Sequence record: SRR31156797_768 | Length of the DNA: 61,562 nucleotides | Direction: 5' to 3' (one strand) | Shown here: one piece after another, positions 9,751 through 19,766 of the stretch | How the letters are laid out: the number at the start of each line of letters is the position of its first letter | Position numbering within the stretch: the stretch's first letter is position 1 | Position numbers and translations under genes: made by a program | Notes under the pieces: model-generated | What the model saw: the letters and a program-made list of their open reading frames with translations, nothing else | Databases searched by the model: none | Told to the model about the DNA's origin: nothing

Positions 9751-10710
9751 ATGCGGATACTCTTTATCGCATATCTGTTGCTTGCCCTTGTCGGCACTTC
9801 TGCCGCAGCATCGGAAATACTCCGTGTTTCCGGCCCGCCCATTGTGGAAAGTATTCCTTTGCTGGCTCTGGCGCAGGACGAACAACCATGGGAACAAGAC
9901 TTTGAAGTACAATTCATCCCCTGGCATTCGCCCGACATGCTTCGGGCAATGGTGGCCGGAGAGCAAGTTGATGCAGCAATAGTCACTACAGCTGCCGCAT
10001 CAACCCTCCGTAAAAAAGGGATTAATTGTCGAGTGGCCCTGTTACATAAAGCTCCAGTCTGGATCGTTTCTACAAGACAGGGAGCAGACACTCTTGAATC
10101 TTTGGAAGGGACACTGCTCTTTCCCTTTGGGCCGGGGGAAATGCCTGAGCTGTTTTACAGGGCCGCCATGGCAGGTAAGCAAAGCAAAGTCACCACCAGG
10201 CACACAGGCGGAGCACTGGAAGCTGTCAACCTTCTGCTGGCGGGCAAAGGTGACCACGCTATGCTCAGCGATCCCACAGCGTCCATCGCGATATTGCGAT
10301 CAAAAACCATGCAGGACAAAGGTGTCCCCTTGCTCGCAAAACGTGTGGATATGCGCACTGCTTGGGAACGCTCTTTTCCCGGGCATCATCTAGCCGCAAG
10401 CTGTATCGCCTTCTTTGGAGATAAGGCAGACAACGCCCCCACCATGCACGCATTCAACAGGGCATATATTCATGCCTGTTCATGGGTACGAGAACACCCC
10501 GATAAAGCTTTTGAACTTATTCAAAAAAGGTTCCCGGCTTTAGCCGCTCAAATTGAACAAGGAGCTCTCGAAAATCTCAATGTACAAAGCCTGACTGGAG
10601 AAAAAGCCCAAGCAGATGCCCTCTTCTTTCTCACCAAAATCCATGAGCTGTCACCCGCAGCTGTGGGAGGAACCATACCTGGAAATGATCTATTCGAGAT
10701 GAGACAATGA
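9751..10710 (+). CDS. ABC transporter substrate-binding protein (NitT/TauT-like)
   Basis: Signal peptide; PBP2-like pattern; co-transcribed with NitT/TauT-type permease and ATPase. Confidence 0.8.
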   Translation: MRILFIAYLLLALVGTSAAASEILRVSGPPIVESIPLLALAQDEQPWEQDFEVQFIPWHSPDMLRAMVAGEQVDAAIVTTAAASTLRKKGINCRVALLHKAPVWIVSTRQGADTLESLEGTLLFPFGPGEMPELFYRAAMAGKQSKVTTRHTGGALEAVNLLLAGKGDHAMLSDPTASIAILRSKTMQDKGVPLLAKRVDMRTAWERSFPGHHLAASCIAFFGDKADNAPTMHAFNRAYIHACSWVREHPDKAFELIQKRFPALAAQIEQGALENLNVQSLTGEKAQADALFFLTKIHELSPAAVGGTIPGNDLFEMRQ

Positions 10711-11474
10711 CCACGCATCAAGCAAAGAAAATCCCCCCCTATGCTTTCAATGTATTAGGGCTCATTCTCTTGACTCTCGGCTGGGAAGTAATGGCCCGAA
10801 TGCAGTCCGGACTGGTTGTAGCCAGTCCGGGCGAGACTCTCACTGCCCTGTTCGGACTCTTTGAGAATAGGACCTTTCTCTCGGTACATCTCTACCCCAC
10901 ACTGAAGCGCATCGGCATGGCTCTCTGTTTTGGTATCTGTAGTGGCATGATCCTGGGCATAATCGCCGGGTTGGTGGAACCAATTCGACTCATGCTGGCT
11001 CCGCTTCGCTGGATACTCACGAGTATTCCCGGCGTTATTATAGTGGTGGTCTTCATGCTCTGGTTTGGAATGGGCACGACCATGGTGGTCTGTATCACGG
11101 CCACTATGGTGGCTCCTGTCGTCTACGTTAACACGGCAGACGGTATGGCGAGCGTTGACCGTAATCTCCTAGAAATGTCCAAAGTCTATCATCTCCCCCT
11201 GCACATACGACTGACACGTATCTATGCAGTGGCTCTGGTGGGACCACTCCTTTCCAGTGTTGTCATTGCCACGGGTAATGGGATTCGACTGGTTGTCCTT
11301 GCAGAGATGCTCGGCGCCAATGAAGGTATCGGCCACGCATTGGCCATATCCAGGGCAAATCTCCAAACCGATGAACTTTACGCTCTGACCCTGCTGGCAA
11401 TGTTGGTTATCGGGGGTGTCGAAGTGCTGCTCCTCCGCCCTGCCCGTAAAGCCCTCCAAAGGAGACTGACATGA
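10707..11474 (+). CDS. ABC transporter permease (NitT/TauT/SsuC-like)
   Basis: Six TM segments; LWFGMG, VVLAEMLGANEGIG motifs. Confidence 0.9.
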   Translation: MTTHQAKKIPPYAFNVLGLILLTLGWEVMARMQSGLVVASPGETLTALFGLFENRTFLSVHLYPTLKRIGMALCFGICSGMILGIIAGLVEPIRLMLAPLRWILTSIPGVIIVVVFMLWFGMGTTMVVCITATMVAPVVYVNTADGMASVDRNLLEMSKVYHLPLHIRLTRIYAVALVGPLLSSVVIATGNGIRLVVLAEMLGANEGIGHALAISRANLQTDELYALTLLAMLVIGGVEVLLLRPARKALQRRLT

Positions 11475-12115
11475 ATCCCATCATAGAGTTGAGGAATATC
11501 CACAAAAAATTCGGGAACACTCCTGTCGTCACCAGATTCAACCTCACCGTGCAGCCGGGAGAAATGCTGGGAATGCTCGGCCCAAGCGGCATTGGCAAGT
11601 CCACAATCATGCGCATGATCGCCGGACTTGAGACCCCGGATTCGGGCTACATGCAAATAGACTCTTCTCACATCGGATACGTTTTCCAAGAGGCGCGTCT
11701 GCTCCCGTGGGATACGGCTTTGGACAATGTCATCCTCCCGTTACGCGCACAAGGACTGGACAAAAAGACAGCCACAGACCGCGCCAGACTCTATTTGAAA
11801 CGCATGGGACTTTTCAGATCAGAAAAGGCGTACCCGCATCAACTTTCCGGAGGCATGCGTCAAAGGGTGGCGCTGGCCCGAGCCTTTGCCATCAATCCAG
11901 ACATTCTGCTTCTGGACGAACCCTTCACCGGCTTGGACAAGCAGCTTAAAGAAAAAATGAAACTTTTGCTCAACACCCTTCTGGAAGCCAACCCAATTGC
12001 CGTCATACACGTCACTCATGATCCCTCGGAGCTTCTAGACCGAACAAGTCGCATCATTCATCTCGGCCCACAAACCCAAGAACAATGTAAGAAAACACAA
12101 AAGCCAAACATATAA
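11471..12115 (+). CDS. ABC transporter ATP-binding protein
   Basis: GPSGIGKST, LSGGMRQR, LLLDEPF, H-loop VTHD. Confidence 0.95.
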   Translation: MNPIIELRNIHKKFGNTPVVTRFNLTVQPGEMLGMLGPSGIGKSTIMRMIAGLETPDSGYMQIDSSHIGYVFQEARLLPWDTALDNVILPLRAQGLDKKTATDRARLYLKRMGLFRSEKAYPHQLSGGMRQRVALARAFAINPDILLLDEPFTGLDKQLKEKMKLLLNTLLEANPIAVIHVTHDPSELLDRTSRIIHLGPQTQEQCKKTQKPNI

Positions 12116-12141
12116 AAAGGCCCCTGCTTTTGCAGGGGCCT
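12114..12141. terminator. intrinsic terminator between convergent operons
   Basis: AAAAAGGCCCCTGC-TTTT-GCAGGGGCCT; the A-tract gives a U-tract on the minus strand. Confidence 0.75.
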
Positions 12142-12171
12142 CGGCTAACGAATCAAGGTCGGCTTCGCGGC

Positions 12172-13536
12172 CTAGAGTGGTCCAGTACTCATCACCGTCG
12201 ACAAATCCTCAATTTTCCCATTCTTGATACGGTAATCGTAGATATCTTCCATATCCTTATACACTTGGAAAACCTGGAAGAAACCATGCCAATGCGAATA
12301 GTCAGGACCATTCATTGCAGTCCCTTGACGCGCACGGCGACCGGTATGATGCCACAGGTAGTACATAAGCTCCTGGAATCCATCTTTCCATGGGTCTTTC
12401 TTGAGAAGCCCCTTTTCCTTAAGCTCTTTCTTCATGACAACGGCCTTGTCCCAGTATGCGTTGTACAAAGAAACGGCATTATCCAACAAATCACGCTGAT
12501 TGTTGGTATGCATGGTGCTGTGACAATTCGCGCAGACCTTGCGCATAAGCTTGTCACCCTTTTCACCATTTCCGCGTTCATTCTTGCGAAGTTCACTACG
12601 CTGATGCATCAGGTCCCACTTGAGACGCTCATTCACGTTATGCGTGGTGCTCAACTCCCCAATACCCGCGATATGGCAGACTGCACAGGTGGGAGCATCG
12701 TAATCGCCCGGTTCCCACGTATCGGGAGCGGCTTCGAAGTTCCACTTCTCTCCATGAGCAAGATACATCTGTCCATGCTTGGATTCATGGTAGATTTCAA
12801 TATTCGGATGATCCGGCCCAAGATGGCAGGAAGCACAGGCTTCTGGTTTGCGGGCTTCGGCCACCGAGAAGTTATGACGAGTATGACAAACGGTACATGT
12901 TCCGATGGAACCATCGGGATAACGGGTTCCAACGCCACCCGGCCAAGTATTGTTAATTGGCTTGTTATCCGCGCCAAGTTCAACCTGAGTTCCGTGACAC
13001 ATCTGACAACCTGAGGCACGTGCAGCCATATTCGGTCCAGAACCTTTTTCAAGCCCCAGAATCATGCCACCTTCATTGGTATACATAAGGGTCTGGAACT
13101 TGGCGACCTCCAAAACGGGACGACCGGAAAGATAAGCATGTCCAGATTTCAGGAACTGCTCGACCTCACGCGGATGACACTTGGAGCACGTCTTGGATGA
13201 AACCATCGGAGACGTATAGATATTCGTCCCCTTTAGCCCCTCGCACTGGCTCGCCATGGGAGAATCCTTTTCCACGACATGACAGTCGTAGCAGGAAACC
13301 GTGGCATGCCCCATTTTTCCATTTTTCCAATTCTCAATAATGCCCGGCGTCTTTTTTGAGTGACACTCGATGCACTGTTTGGCTTCTTCGGTATATCCCC
13401 GATGAACTATTAAAGCCTGCTTTTCCAACTCAATACCCTGCGTCTTTCGGGACTGCTCTTGCGCCAGTCCAACAACAGGCAGAAGGAGGCAGAGTAATCC
13501 GGCAATGAGTGCCGAAACACATCTTCTTTTCATCAT
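12172..13536 (-). CDS. haoA: octaheme cytochrome c, reductive hydroxylamine oxidoreductase family (epsilon-Hao-like)
   Basis: Sec signal; 8 CxxCH (CIECH, CYDCH, CSKCH, CQMCH, CTVCH, CASCH, CAVCH, CANCH); Hao-family motifs [27 protein letters not shown] and ESKHG; C-terminal GPDYSHWHG. Confidence 0.85.
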   Translation of the reverse strand: MMKRRCVSALIAGLLCLLLPVVGLAQEQSRKTQGIELEKQALIVHRGYTEEAKQCIECHSKKTPGIIENWKNGKMGHATVSCYDCHVVEKDSPMASQCEGLKGTNIYTSPMVSSKTCSKCHPREVEQFLKSGHAYLSGRPVLEVAKFQTLMYTNEGGMILGLEKGSGPNMAARASGCQMCHGTQVELGADNKPINNTWPGGVGTRYPDGSIGTCTVCHTRHNFSVAEARKPEACASCHLGPDHPNIEIYHESKHGQMYLAHGEKWNFEAAPDTWEPGDYDAPTCAVCHIAGIGELSTTHNVNERLKWDLMHQRSELRKNERGNGEKGDKLMRKVCANCHSTMHTNNQRDLLDNAVSLYNAYWDKAVVMKKELKEKGLLKKDPWKDGFQELMYYLWHHTGRRARQGTAMNGPDYSHWHGFFQVFQVYKDMEDIYDYRIKNGKIEDLSTVMSTGPL

Positions 13537-13542
13537 ATCTCC

Positions 13543-14121
13543 TTATTGTGGCTTGCTTTGAGCAAGCTCTTTCTTGCCATAGTATTTGTTGATTTCCGTG
13601 ATCATGTTCTTGTGACCAACATGTTCGTGGCAATCCACACACTGTTTATTCAACGTCCCCAACTGATATTGTTTATGTGCGATAATCCCCGAGGTGCGCA
13701 TTCCTTTCGGCGTCAAATCCTGATGACAACGACGACATGCGTTATCATAGGTGAATTCACGACGAGACCGCAGCCGCTCAACCCAATCATAGGTCGTTGG
13801 GTCAATCACCAGATTCAAAACAATATCGCGTGTACCCGTATAAGCCTTGGCTGTAACGTATTCCACAAAATCGCCATGTGGCAGATGACAATCCACACAT
13901 TGAGCCACAACCCCCTTGGCATTGGCTCCACCATGCGGTGCTTGTCTCCATGCGGTCCTGAAAGGCTTCATGACATGGCATGTCACGCAAAAGGTGTCGG
14001 TATTTGTCACCTCAATCATAAAACCCGAAGCAAGAACACAGACTGCGGTCAGAAAGACTCCCACAAGAACTCCAGGCCACCAACGTTTTCCCTTTGGGGA
14101 CGGCTTGTTATTAGGATGCAT
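13543..14121 (-). CDS. NapC/NirT/NrfH-family membrane-anchored tetraheme quinol dehydrogenase (CycB/cM552-like partner of Hao)
   Basis: N-terminal TM helix, TNTDTFCVTCHVM, CVDCHLP, CRRCH, CVDCH..VGH. Confidence 0.9.
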   Translation of the reverse strand: MHPNNKPSPKGKRWWPGVLVGVFLTAVCVLASGFMIEVTNTDTFCVTCHVMKPFRTAWRQAPHGGANAKGVVAQCVDCHLPHGDFVEYVTAKAYTGTRDIVLNLVIDPTTYDWVERLRSRREFTYDNACRRCHQDLTPKGMRTSGIIAHKQYQLGTLNKQCVDCHEHVGHKNMITEINKYYGKKELAQSKPQ

Positions 14122-14238
14122 CCATATATTCCTTCCTTACCGTTGAATCGTGAATGGAACAGTTTTCAAACCTCATGTGCAGCCGACCTTTACATCACAG
14201 ATGCAGTTGCCCACTCTATGAAACACGAGTATGAACAA

Positions 14239-14253
14239 ACAAAATCCATGCCA
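14239..14253 (-). promoter_or_regulatory. sigma-54 (-24/-12) promoter for the tetraheme-hao operon
   Basis: Minus strand TGGCATGGATTTTGT versus consensus TGGCACG-N4-TTGC; the -12 C is replaced by T. Confidence 0.65.
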
Positions 14254-14346
14254 ATTTTCAGGCACGAAGATTGAATCAAGACAACAGCTACTCATGCACA
14301 TTTTTCTAAAAAACCAAGTGTTTTTAAGGCTTTATTGCAAAGAAAT

Positions 14347-14384
14347 TGTCAGATTTAAATGACACTTGTCAGATTGACAGGACA
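14347..14384. promoter_or_regulatory. tandem palindromic enhancer (UAS) sites, TGTCA-N8-TGACA type
   Basis: TGTCAGATTTAAATGACA (14347-14364) and TGTCAGATTGACAGGACA (14367-14384), about 95-130 bp upstream of the sigma-54 site. Confidence 0.65.
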
Positions 14385-14428
14385 CCATGTCCGGCACAGC
14401 AAACATATGGACGCCAGCGGAGATTTTC

Positions 14429-16708
14429 ATGAATAGAGATGATCAGTATTCACTGAAGAAAAGATTGAAGTGGCCAATTGGGTTCGGCTTGCTTTGGTTC
14501 CTCTTTCTGCTCGCTCTGGCCGCATGGAGCGCGGAATCTGAACAAGGACACTTCCTCAATACCGCCGAGCACAAAGCCAAAACACTTTTTGAACAAATGG
14601 TTTTGATGCGTTCATGGAATACCGAGCATGACGGTGTCTTCGTCGAAAGTACGGAGATATCCCCACCCAATCCACACCTGAAACCCAAAGACAGGACTCT
14701 GACTACGGATGAAGGGAAGTTGTATTCTCGACTCAATCCTGCCTATATGACCCGCCAACTCGGAGTACTTTCTCAAAAAAAAGGTGATGCCGTTTTCCAC
14801 ATAGCGGGCTTGGAACCAATGAGTTCCAACAACAAGCCCGACGAATGGGAAAAGGAATGTCTGATAAGTTTCGAATGGGGAGGTACAGAACGTTTTCAGC
14901 TGGTGGACTCGGACGGGGGCAAACTGTTCAGATACATGGCCCCTTTGAAGATCGAAGAAAAATGTCTCTACTGCCATCCCAAATCTGCGGGAAGCAAAAA
15001 GACACTTGGCGGAATATCCGTTTCGTTCCCGGCCGACGCATTGATCTCAGCCCGCAAAGCCTCCGTTTCACGAATACATATCACTTTCACTCTGATAGGC
15101 CTTGTCGGCATGGCTGGAATCATGTTGTCGACATATCAGATACTCAGCAAACGGGATGAAGCCCAGAGGGCAAACGACGCCAAATCCATGTTCATTGCAA
15201 ACATGAGTCATGACATGAGGACACCTCTCAATGGCATCATGGGTATGACCGAACTGATCGAACGTCGCGGCTTGAATGACGAGCAGAAACGACATGTTCT
15301 CATGGTTCGCCAATCTGCCCGAAACCTACTGGAAATAGTAAATGATATCACAGAATTTTCACGACTTGAATCTGGACAACTTAAACTATCGGAATCCGTA
15401 TTCGACTTTAGGGCTGTATTGGATGAAATTCTGGAAATCTACATGTTTGCGGCAGAAGCCAAAGGATTAAAACTGCGTCGGTCCATATCGCCTGAAGTTC
15501 CTCGCCATCTGATCGGCGACGCCTTCCGTATCAAACAGATCATCGGCAACCTCGTCGGCAATGCCATCAAGTTCACTCGAGAAGGCGAAGTCGTTATTTT
15601 AGTGAAACACACTTCTTCAACACACACCACGAACAAAAAAACCGTCTATCTCGAAATCAGTGTAGAGGACACGGGTGTTGGTATCCCGGAAAAGGAATTT
15701 GAACGGATATTTCACAGTTTCCGCCAAATCGACGACTCATACGCGAAAAAACACGTCGGGACAGGATTGGGACTCTCGATCTGCAAACGTCTTGTAAAAA
15801 TGATGGGCGGAGGAATCCGGGTCGAAAGTACACAGGGGAAAGGGACTACATTCACTTTCAACATCAGGTTGCAGGTAGACGACAATTATTCACCCGAAAT
15901 CATCACAGAAGAAATTCAAACAACGACCGACACACCACAAAAACGTATCCTGCTGGTGGAAGACAATGATCTGAATCAATGCTTTTTCCTAAATGTTCTC
16001 AGGGACGCGGGACATTCCGTTATCGGGGTCTCTGAGAGTGATGAAGCACACAAACAATTGCAGAAAAATACATTCGACCTAATACTGATGGATATTCAAA
16101 TCCCCGGCATGGACGGATTGGAAATCAGCCGTCGCATCAGAAACAACACATTCGGTGCCGAGCCGAATATTCCCATTGTGGCAATCACGGCATCAGTCGG
16201 ACCGGACGTGGGAAAAAACTGTCGCAAGGCAGGTATGAACGGATATCTCACAAAACCGCTGTCCAGCAAAGATTTACTTCACGCCGTCAACACCTTCACT
16301 CGAACAACAAGGGATACATGGATGGAAAATGAATCTGATACACACGCAATGCAACCATCAACTGCACTTCTTGACCGAGAGGAAGCATTAAAATGCCTGG
16401 GTGGGAAACAGACGCTTTACACCAAATTACTCAACGCATTTCTTGAAGATGCCCCTCAAAAAATTTCCGCCCTCTCCCAAGCCGTGCACATGAATAATCA
16501 AGCAGAAGTGATTCGTCTGTCGCACGCCCTCAAAAACTCTGCATCGCTGATCCAAGCCAACCAGTTGGCCACTATGTCCAAAGAACTGGAAGAACAGGGA
16601 CACACTTCATCCCCGGAAGACTGGGTACCACTTTTGGAAAGAATCAAAGAGACATGTCAAAAAACACTCGCGGCCATCGACACAATTCGGGAGACATATC
16701 ATGGGTAA
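14429..16708 (+). CDS. hybrid sensor histidine kinase with periplasmic heme-c (DUF3365/Tll0287-like) domain, HisKA, HATPase, REC and Hpt
   Basis: TM-[LNPAYMTRQ...[21 protein letters not shown]]-[38 protein letters not shown] Hpt. ATG 14429 follows GGAG (alternative start 14387). Confidence 0.92.
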   Translation: MNRDDQYSLKKRLKWPIGFGLLWFLFLLALAAWSAESEQGHFLNTAEHKAKTLFEQMVLMRSWNTEHDGVFVESTEISPPNPHLKPKDRTLTTDEGKLYSRLNPAYMTRQLGVLSQKKGDAVFHIAGLEPMSSNNKPDEWEKECLISFEWGGTERFQLVDSDGGKLFRYMAPLKIEEKCLYCHPKSAGSKKTLGGISVSFPADALISARKASVSRIHITFTLIGLVGMAGIMLSTYQILSKRDEAQRANDAKSMFIANMSHDMRTPLNGIMGMTELIERRGLNDEQKRHVLMVRQSARNLLEIVNDITEFSRLESGQLKLSESVFDFRAVLDEILEIYMFAAEAKGLKLRRSISPEVPRHLIGDAFRIKQIIGNLVGNAIKFTREGEVVILVKHTSSTHTTNKKTVYLEISVEDTGVGIPEKEFERIFHSFRQIDDSYAKKHVGTGLGLSICKRLVKMMGGGIRVESTQGKGTTFTFNIRLQVDDNYSPEIITEEIQTTTDTPQKRILLVEDNDLNQCFFLNVLRDAGHSVIGVSESDEAHKQLQKNTFDLILMDIQIPGMDGLEISRRIRNNTFGAEPNIPIVAITASVGPDVGKNCRKAGMNGYLTKPLSSKDLLHAVNTFTRTTRDTWMENESDTHAMQPSTALLDREEALKCLGGKQTLYTKLLNAFLEDAPQKISALSQAVHMNNQAEVIRLSHALKNSASLIQANQLATMSKELEEQGHTSSPEDWVPLLERIKETCQKTLAAIDTIRETYHG

Positions 16709-18056
16709 AATTCTCTTAGTAGACGACGAACCGCTTCAACACATTCTATTTCAAGATGTTGCCGACGATCAAAAACACGAATTCGTCGGGGCATTTACTC
16801 TGGAAGATGGCATACAGATTGCTCAGAAAACCCCCTTTGACATGGTCTTCCTTGATGTCATCCTGCCCGACGGCAACGGCATTGAAAACGTCCAGACATT
16901 CAAACAACTCCCCGGAAGCCCGGAAGTTGTCATCATCACCAGCAAGGGTGATATCTCCGGAGCCGCAAAGACTTTGGAAGACGGCGGAGGCGCATATCTT
17001 CTCAAGCCGTTATCCGTTGAACGCATTGAACAGTCCGTCAAGGAAACATTCCGTTTTCGCGAAGACAACCATGCTCTTGGTGAAACAACAATCTGTTGCG
17101 ACAATATTCTTGGTGGAACGCTCATTGAGGCGTGTAAGAAACAAACAGCCAAGGCGGCCCGTTCTTCAGTGTCCGTCATCATCTATGGAGAGACAGGCAC
17201 CGGCAAAGAACTGTTCGCCCGTGCCGTACATGACCATAGCCCCCGAGCCAAAGGACCATTCGTGGCGCTGGACTGTGCATCAATATCTCCATCTCTCATC
17301 GGTTCTCTTCTCTTCGGCCATGTCCGAGGAGCCTTTACCGGAGCAGATCGTGACAGGCAGGGCGTGGTAGCTATGGCAAACCACGGAACTCTTTTCCTGG
17401 ACGAAATCGGCGAGCTACCACCGGAACAACAGGCTTCACTCTTACGTATTCTTGAAACACACCGTTTCAGGCCCGTGGGTGGTCAACATGAATTGGAAAG
17501 TGATTTCCGACTCGTGGCCGCAACAAACCGCGATCTGGAAAAAATGGCAAAAGCTGGTAAATTTCGCAGCGACCTTCTCTACCGTCTTCAGGGGGTTGCC
17601 ATCAACCTTCCTCCCTTGAGAGACAGAATCGACGACATCAAAATTCTCGTTGAACATCGATTGCGGGAATCCGAATACAACGACAAACAATGCAGTAATG
17701 AATTTCTGACCACGCTTCAGGAATACGAATGGCCGGGAAATGTCCGTGAGCTTGTTCACACCGTAGACAGCGCACTGGCCGCAGCGCACGACAGCCCGGT
17801 AGTCTATGCTCGGCATCTTCCCGTGCAAATTCGCATCAAAGCTGCACAGGCTCATCTTGAAACAATACCCGCCCAATTGGTCCCAAACTCTCCGCTCTTC
17901 CCCACACTCAAGGAGTACCGTTTGAAAACCGACAGGGAGTATGTGCAAAACCTACTGGAACATACTGATGGGAACGTTAAAAAAGCAGCCGAGACCGCCG
18001 GGATATCGCGCGGATACTTATATGAAATGATGAAAAAGTGTGGATTGCAACGATAG
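16701..18056 (+). CDS. sigma-54-dependent response regulator (NtrC family)
   Basis: REC (LLVDD, FLDVILPDG), GETGTGKE, GAFTGA, LFLDEIG, WPGNVREL, Fis-type HTH. Confidence 0.95.
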   Translation: MGKILLVDDEPLQHILFQDVADDQKHEFVGAFTLEDGIQIAQKTPFDMVFLDVILPDGNGIENVQTFKQLPGSPEVVIITSKGDISGAAKTLEDGGGAYLLKPLSVERIEQSVKETFRFREDNHALGETTICCDNILGGTLIEACKKQTAKAARSSVSVIIYGETGTGKELFARAVHDHSPRAKGPFVALDCASISPSLIGSLLFGHVRGAFTGADRDRQGVVAMANHGTLFLDEIGELPPEQQASLLRILETHRFRPVGGQHELESDFRLVAATNRDLEKMAKAGKFRSDLLYRLQGVAINLPPLRDRIDDIKILVEHRLRESEYNDKQCSNEFLTTLQEYEWPGNVRELVHTVDSALAAAHDSPVVYARHLPVQIRIKAAQAHLETIPAQLVPNSPLFPTLKEYRLKTDREYVQNLLEHTDGNVKKAAETAGISRGYLYEMMKKCGLQR

Positions 18057-18074
18057 TTTCTTGAAAAACATCAC

Positions 18075-18112
18075 AAAAAAAGGCTTGGAGGATAGCTCCC
18101 CCAAGCCTTTTC
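18075..18112. terminator. bidirectional intrinsic terminator
   Basis: AAAAAAAGGCTTGG...CCAAGCCTTTT between the convergent regulator and napH. Confidence 0.75.
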
Positions 18113-18140
18113 CACACACAGGGGATTCATTGGCAGGAGA

Positions 18141-18950
18141 CTACTTCCGTACAGCAAATCCCTGGGAAAGCGCTTTACCATAATGTCTGCATTGGACCAC
18201 ACAATCACCGCAATTGGTGCATTCGGGATGAATCTGTCTTTCCCGAGGATCCAATCCATAAGGACAGCTCTTCATGCACGGTGACGGATTCACATCAGAA
18301 CAGATACATTTGATGAAATCGTACTTGACCCTGAAACGGGTCGGCAACACCATTCCGGCCACCTGAAGTAAAAGAGATTGCGGACAACAGTAGCGACACC
18401 AAACATGGCCACCCCCGGCCACATCAAGAGCCGACGCGATAGGCAACAGCCAAAAGCCAATCGGGATGGTGCCGGACAACCACAACGTCTGCATAGTCCG
18501 TGTGTACCAACCGGGCAGGGAAAGCTGATTCAACACAGGCGGAAATTCCATCGCGCCAACGCCTAAAACAGCAATACCGACCACAACGGCTTTAAAAAAC
18601 CCACCTTTCGACAATCGATCTCGCCTTTTCACAAAGGGCAATTTCTGGATCAAATCCGCAATCAGACCGTAAGGGCATATCCATGCGCAAAAGACGGGTC
18701 CCATTATCGCTGCAAGTGTCAATGACAGGATAGCACCCAAAGCCAATGTCGCAGACATATGCCATGTCGAAATCCAAACCTGCAAAGCAGCAAGAGGATC
18801 GGCAAACGGAATCCCAAAAATCTCAAGAGAAAGCAGGTTTCCGGTAACGATCCGAATATCGAACCCATTGATCCAGGGAATCGCTATGAACGAAAGCGCA
18901 ACAAGCAACTGGCAGACGCGACGAGCATGTTTTCTGTTCATTTCCATCAC
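18141..18950 (-). CDS. napH: NapH membrane ferredoxin-type quinol dehydrogenase subunit
   Basis: TM helices with FCAWICP and WCRYCCP motifs; C-terminal ferredoxin CTNCGDCVVQC. Confidence 0.92.
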   Translation of the reverse strand: MMEMNRKHARRVCQLLVALSFIAIPWINGFDIRIVTGNLLSLEIFGIPFADPLAALQVWISTWHMSATLALGAILSLTLAAIMGPVFCAWICPYGLIADLIQKLPFVKRRDRLSKGGFFKAVVVGIAVLGVGAMEFPPVLNQLSLPGWYTRTMQTLWLSGTIPIGFWLLPIASALDVAGGGHVWCRYCCPQSLLLQVAGMVLPTRFRVKYDFIKCICSDVNPSPCMKSCPYGLDPRERQIHPECTNCGDCVVQCRHYGKALSQGFAVRK

Positions 18951-19435
18951 GCTTTGCTCCTGACTTTTTCATGAATACGCTCACGTGGAATAAGAGTAAT
19001 CGCATGACGAGGACACACATAAAAACACACACCGCATCCAACACATTGGTCTGTGATAACAGGCAAATACCCATTTTCAAGAACAATTGCCGTATTGCGC
19101 ATGGGACATTTCTCAAAACAGGTCCGACAAATAACCGCACCCTGATATGTATAACAAAGGTTCTTATCCAAAAAAGCCGCGCCCATGTCTGCGTCCTTTT
19201 GCTCTGTTGCAGAGATGGCCCCTGTAGGGCAAGCCGGTCCGCAATGCATACACAAAAAACACGGGGCCTTTTCAGGATCGATATAGGGAGTTCCGGCTGT
19301 CAAAGGGTCGAGTCCCTCAGTGATCTTCAAGGCATCGAAACGACACGCTTCGACACATTTTCCGCAATGAATACAGTTCTGGAGAAATCGTTTTTTATCG
19401 CCCGCTCCAGGGGGTAGCAATTTCGCGGTGGGCAT
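18947..19435 (-). CDS. napG: NapG/MauM ferredoxin-type protein (no Tat leader)
   Basis: LLPPGA...FLQNCIHCGKCVEAC, PCFLCMHCGPACPTGA, CRTCFEKCP, CVGCGVCFYVCP. Confidence 0.88.
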   Translation of the reverse strand: MPTAKLLPPGAGDKKRFLQNCIHCGKCVEACRFDALKITEGLDPLTAGTPYIDPEKAPCFLCMHCGPACPTGAISATEQKDADMGAAFLDKNLCYTYQGAVICRTCFEKCPMRNTAIVLENGYLPVITDQCVGCGVCFYVCPRHAITLIPRERIHEKVRSKA

Positions 19436-19455
19436 GACTTCTTACCTTTTCCTGA

Positions 19456-19486
19456 GCCGGACCCCGGTGTGACGACGGGGTCCGGC
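19456..19486 (-). other. GC-rich intergenic hairpin between napD and napG
   Basis: GCCGGACCCCG...CGGGGTCCGGC, 11-bp stem with no U-tract. Confidence 0.55.
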
Positions 19487-19528
19487 ATAACAGGCTATTC
19501 AGGAGGTTACGCAGGATAGATGGAGACT

Positions 19529-19765
19529 CTATTCCTGTTCATCTTCAATATTGACGTATGTCGTATACACAGCAAGTACGCCGTCCATTTTCTCCAAACC
19601 ATCCAGACGTTTTTCTAACGCCGAGGAAGGCATTTCGCCGACAACGACAAGGTATTTTTCCTCATGCAGGCCATAAACCTGCAAATCGGCAGACTGCTCA
19701 ACTATAGCCCGCACCTCATCAGTCTTTTCTGTCAATGTGTGCAGAATGATGCCAGCAATAGCCAT
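19529..19765 (-). CDS. napD: NapD chaperone
   Basis: 78 aa, MAIAGIIL...YLVVVGE...GVLAVYTTY; immediately downstream of napA. Confidence 0.88.
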   Translation of the reverse strand: MAIAGIILHTLTEKTDEVRAIVEQSADLQVYGLHEEKYLVVVGEMPSSALEKRLDGLEKMDGVLAVYTTYVNIEDEQE

Positions 19766-19766
19766 A

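Noticed and set aside
12130-13014. 294-aa plus-strand ORF opposite the octaheme gene
   Set aside because: Antisense shadow of hao, with no RBS or recognisable motifs.
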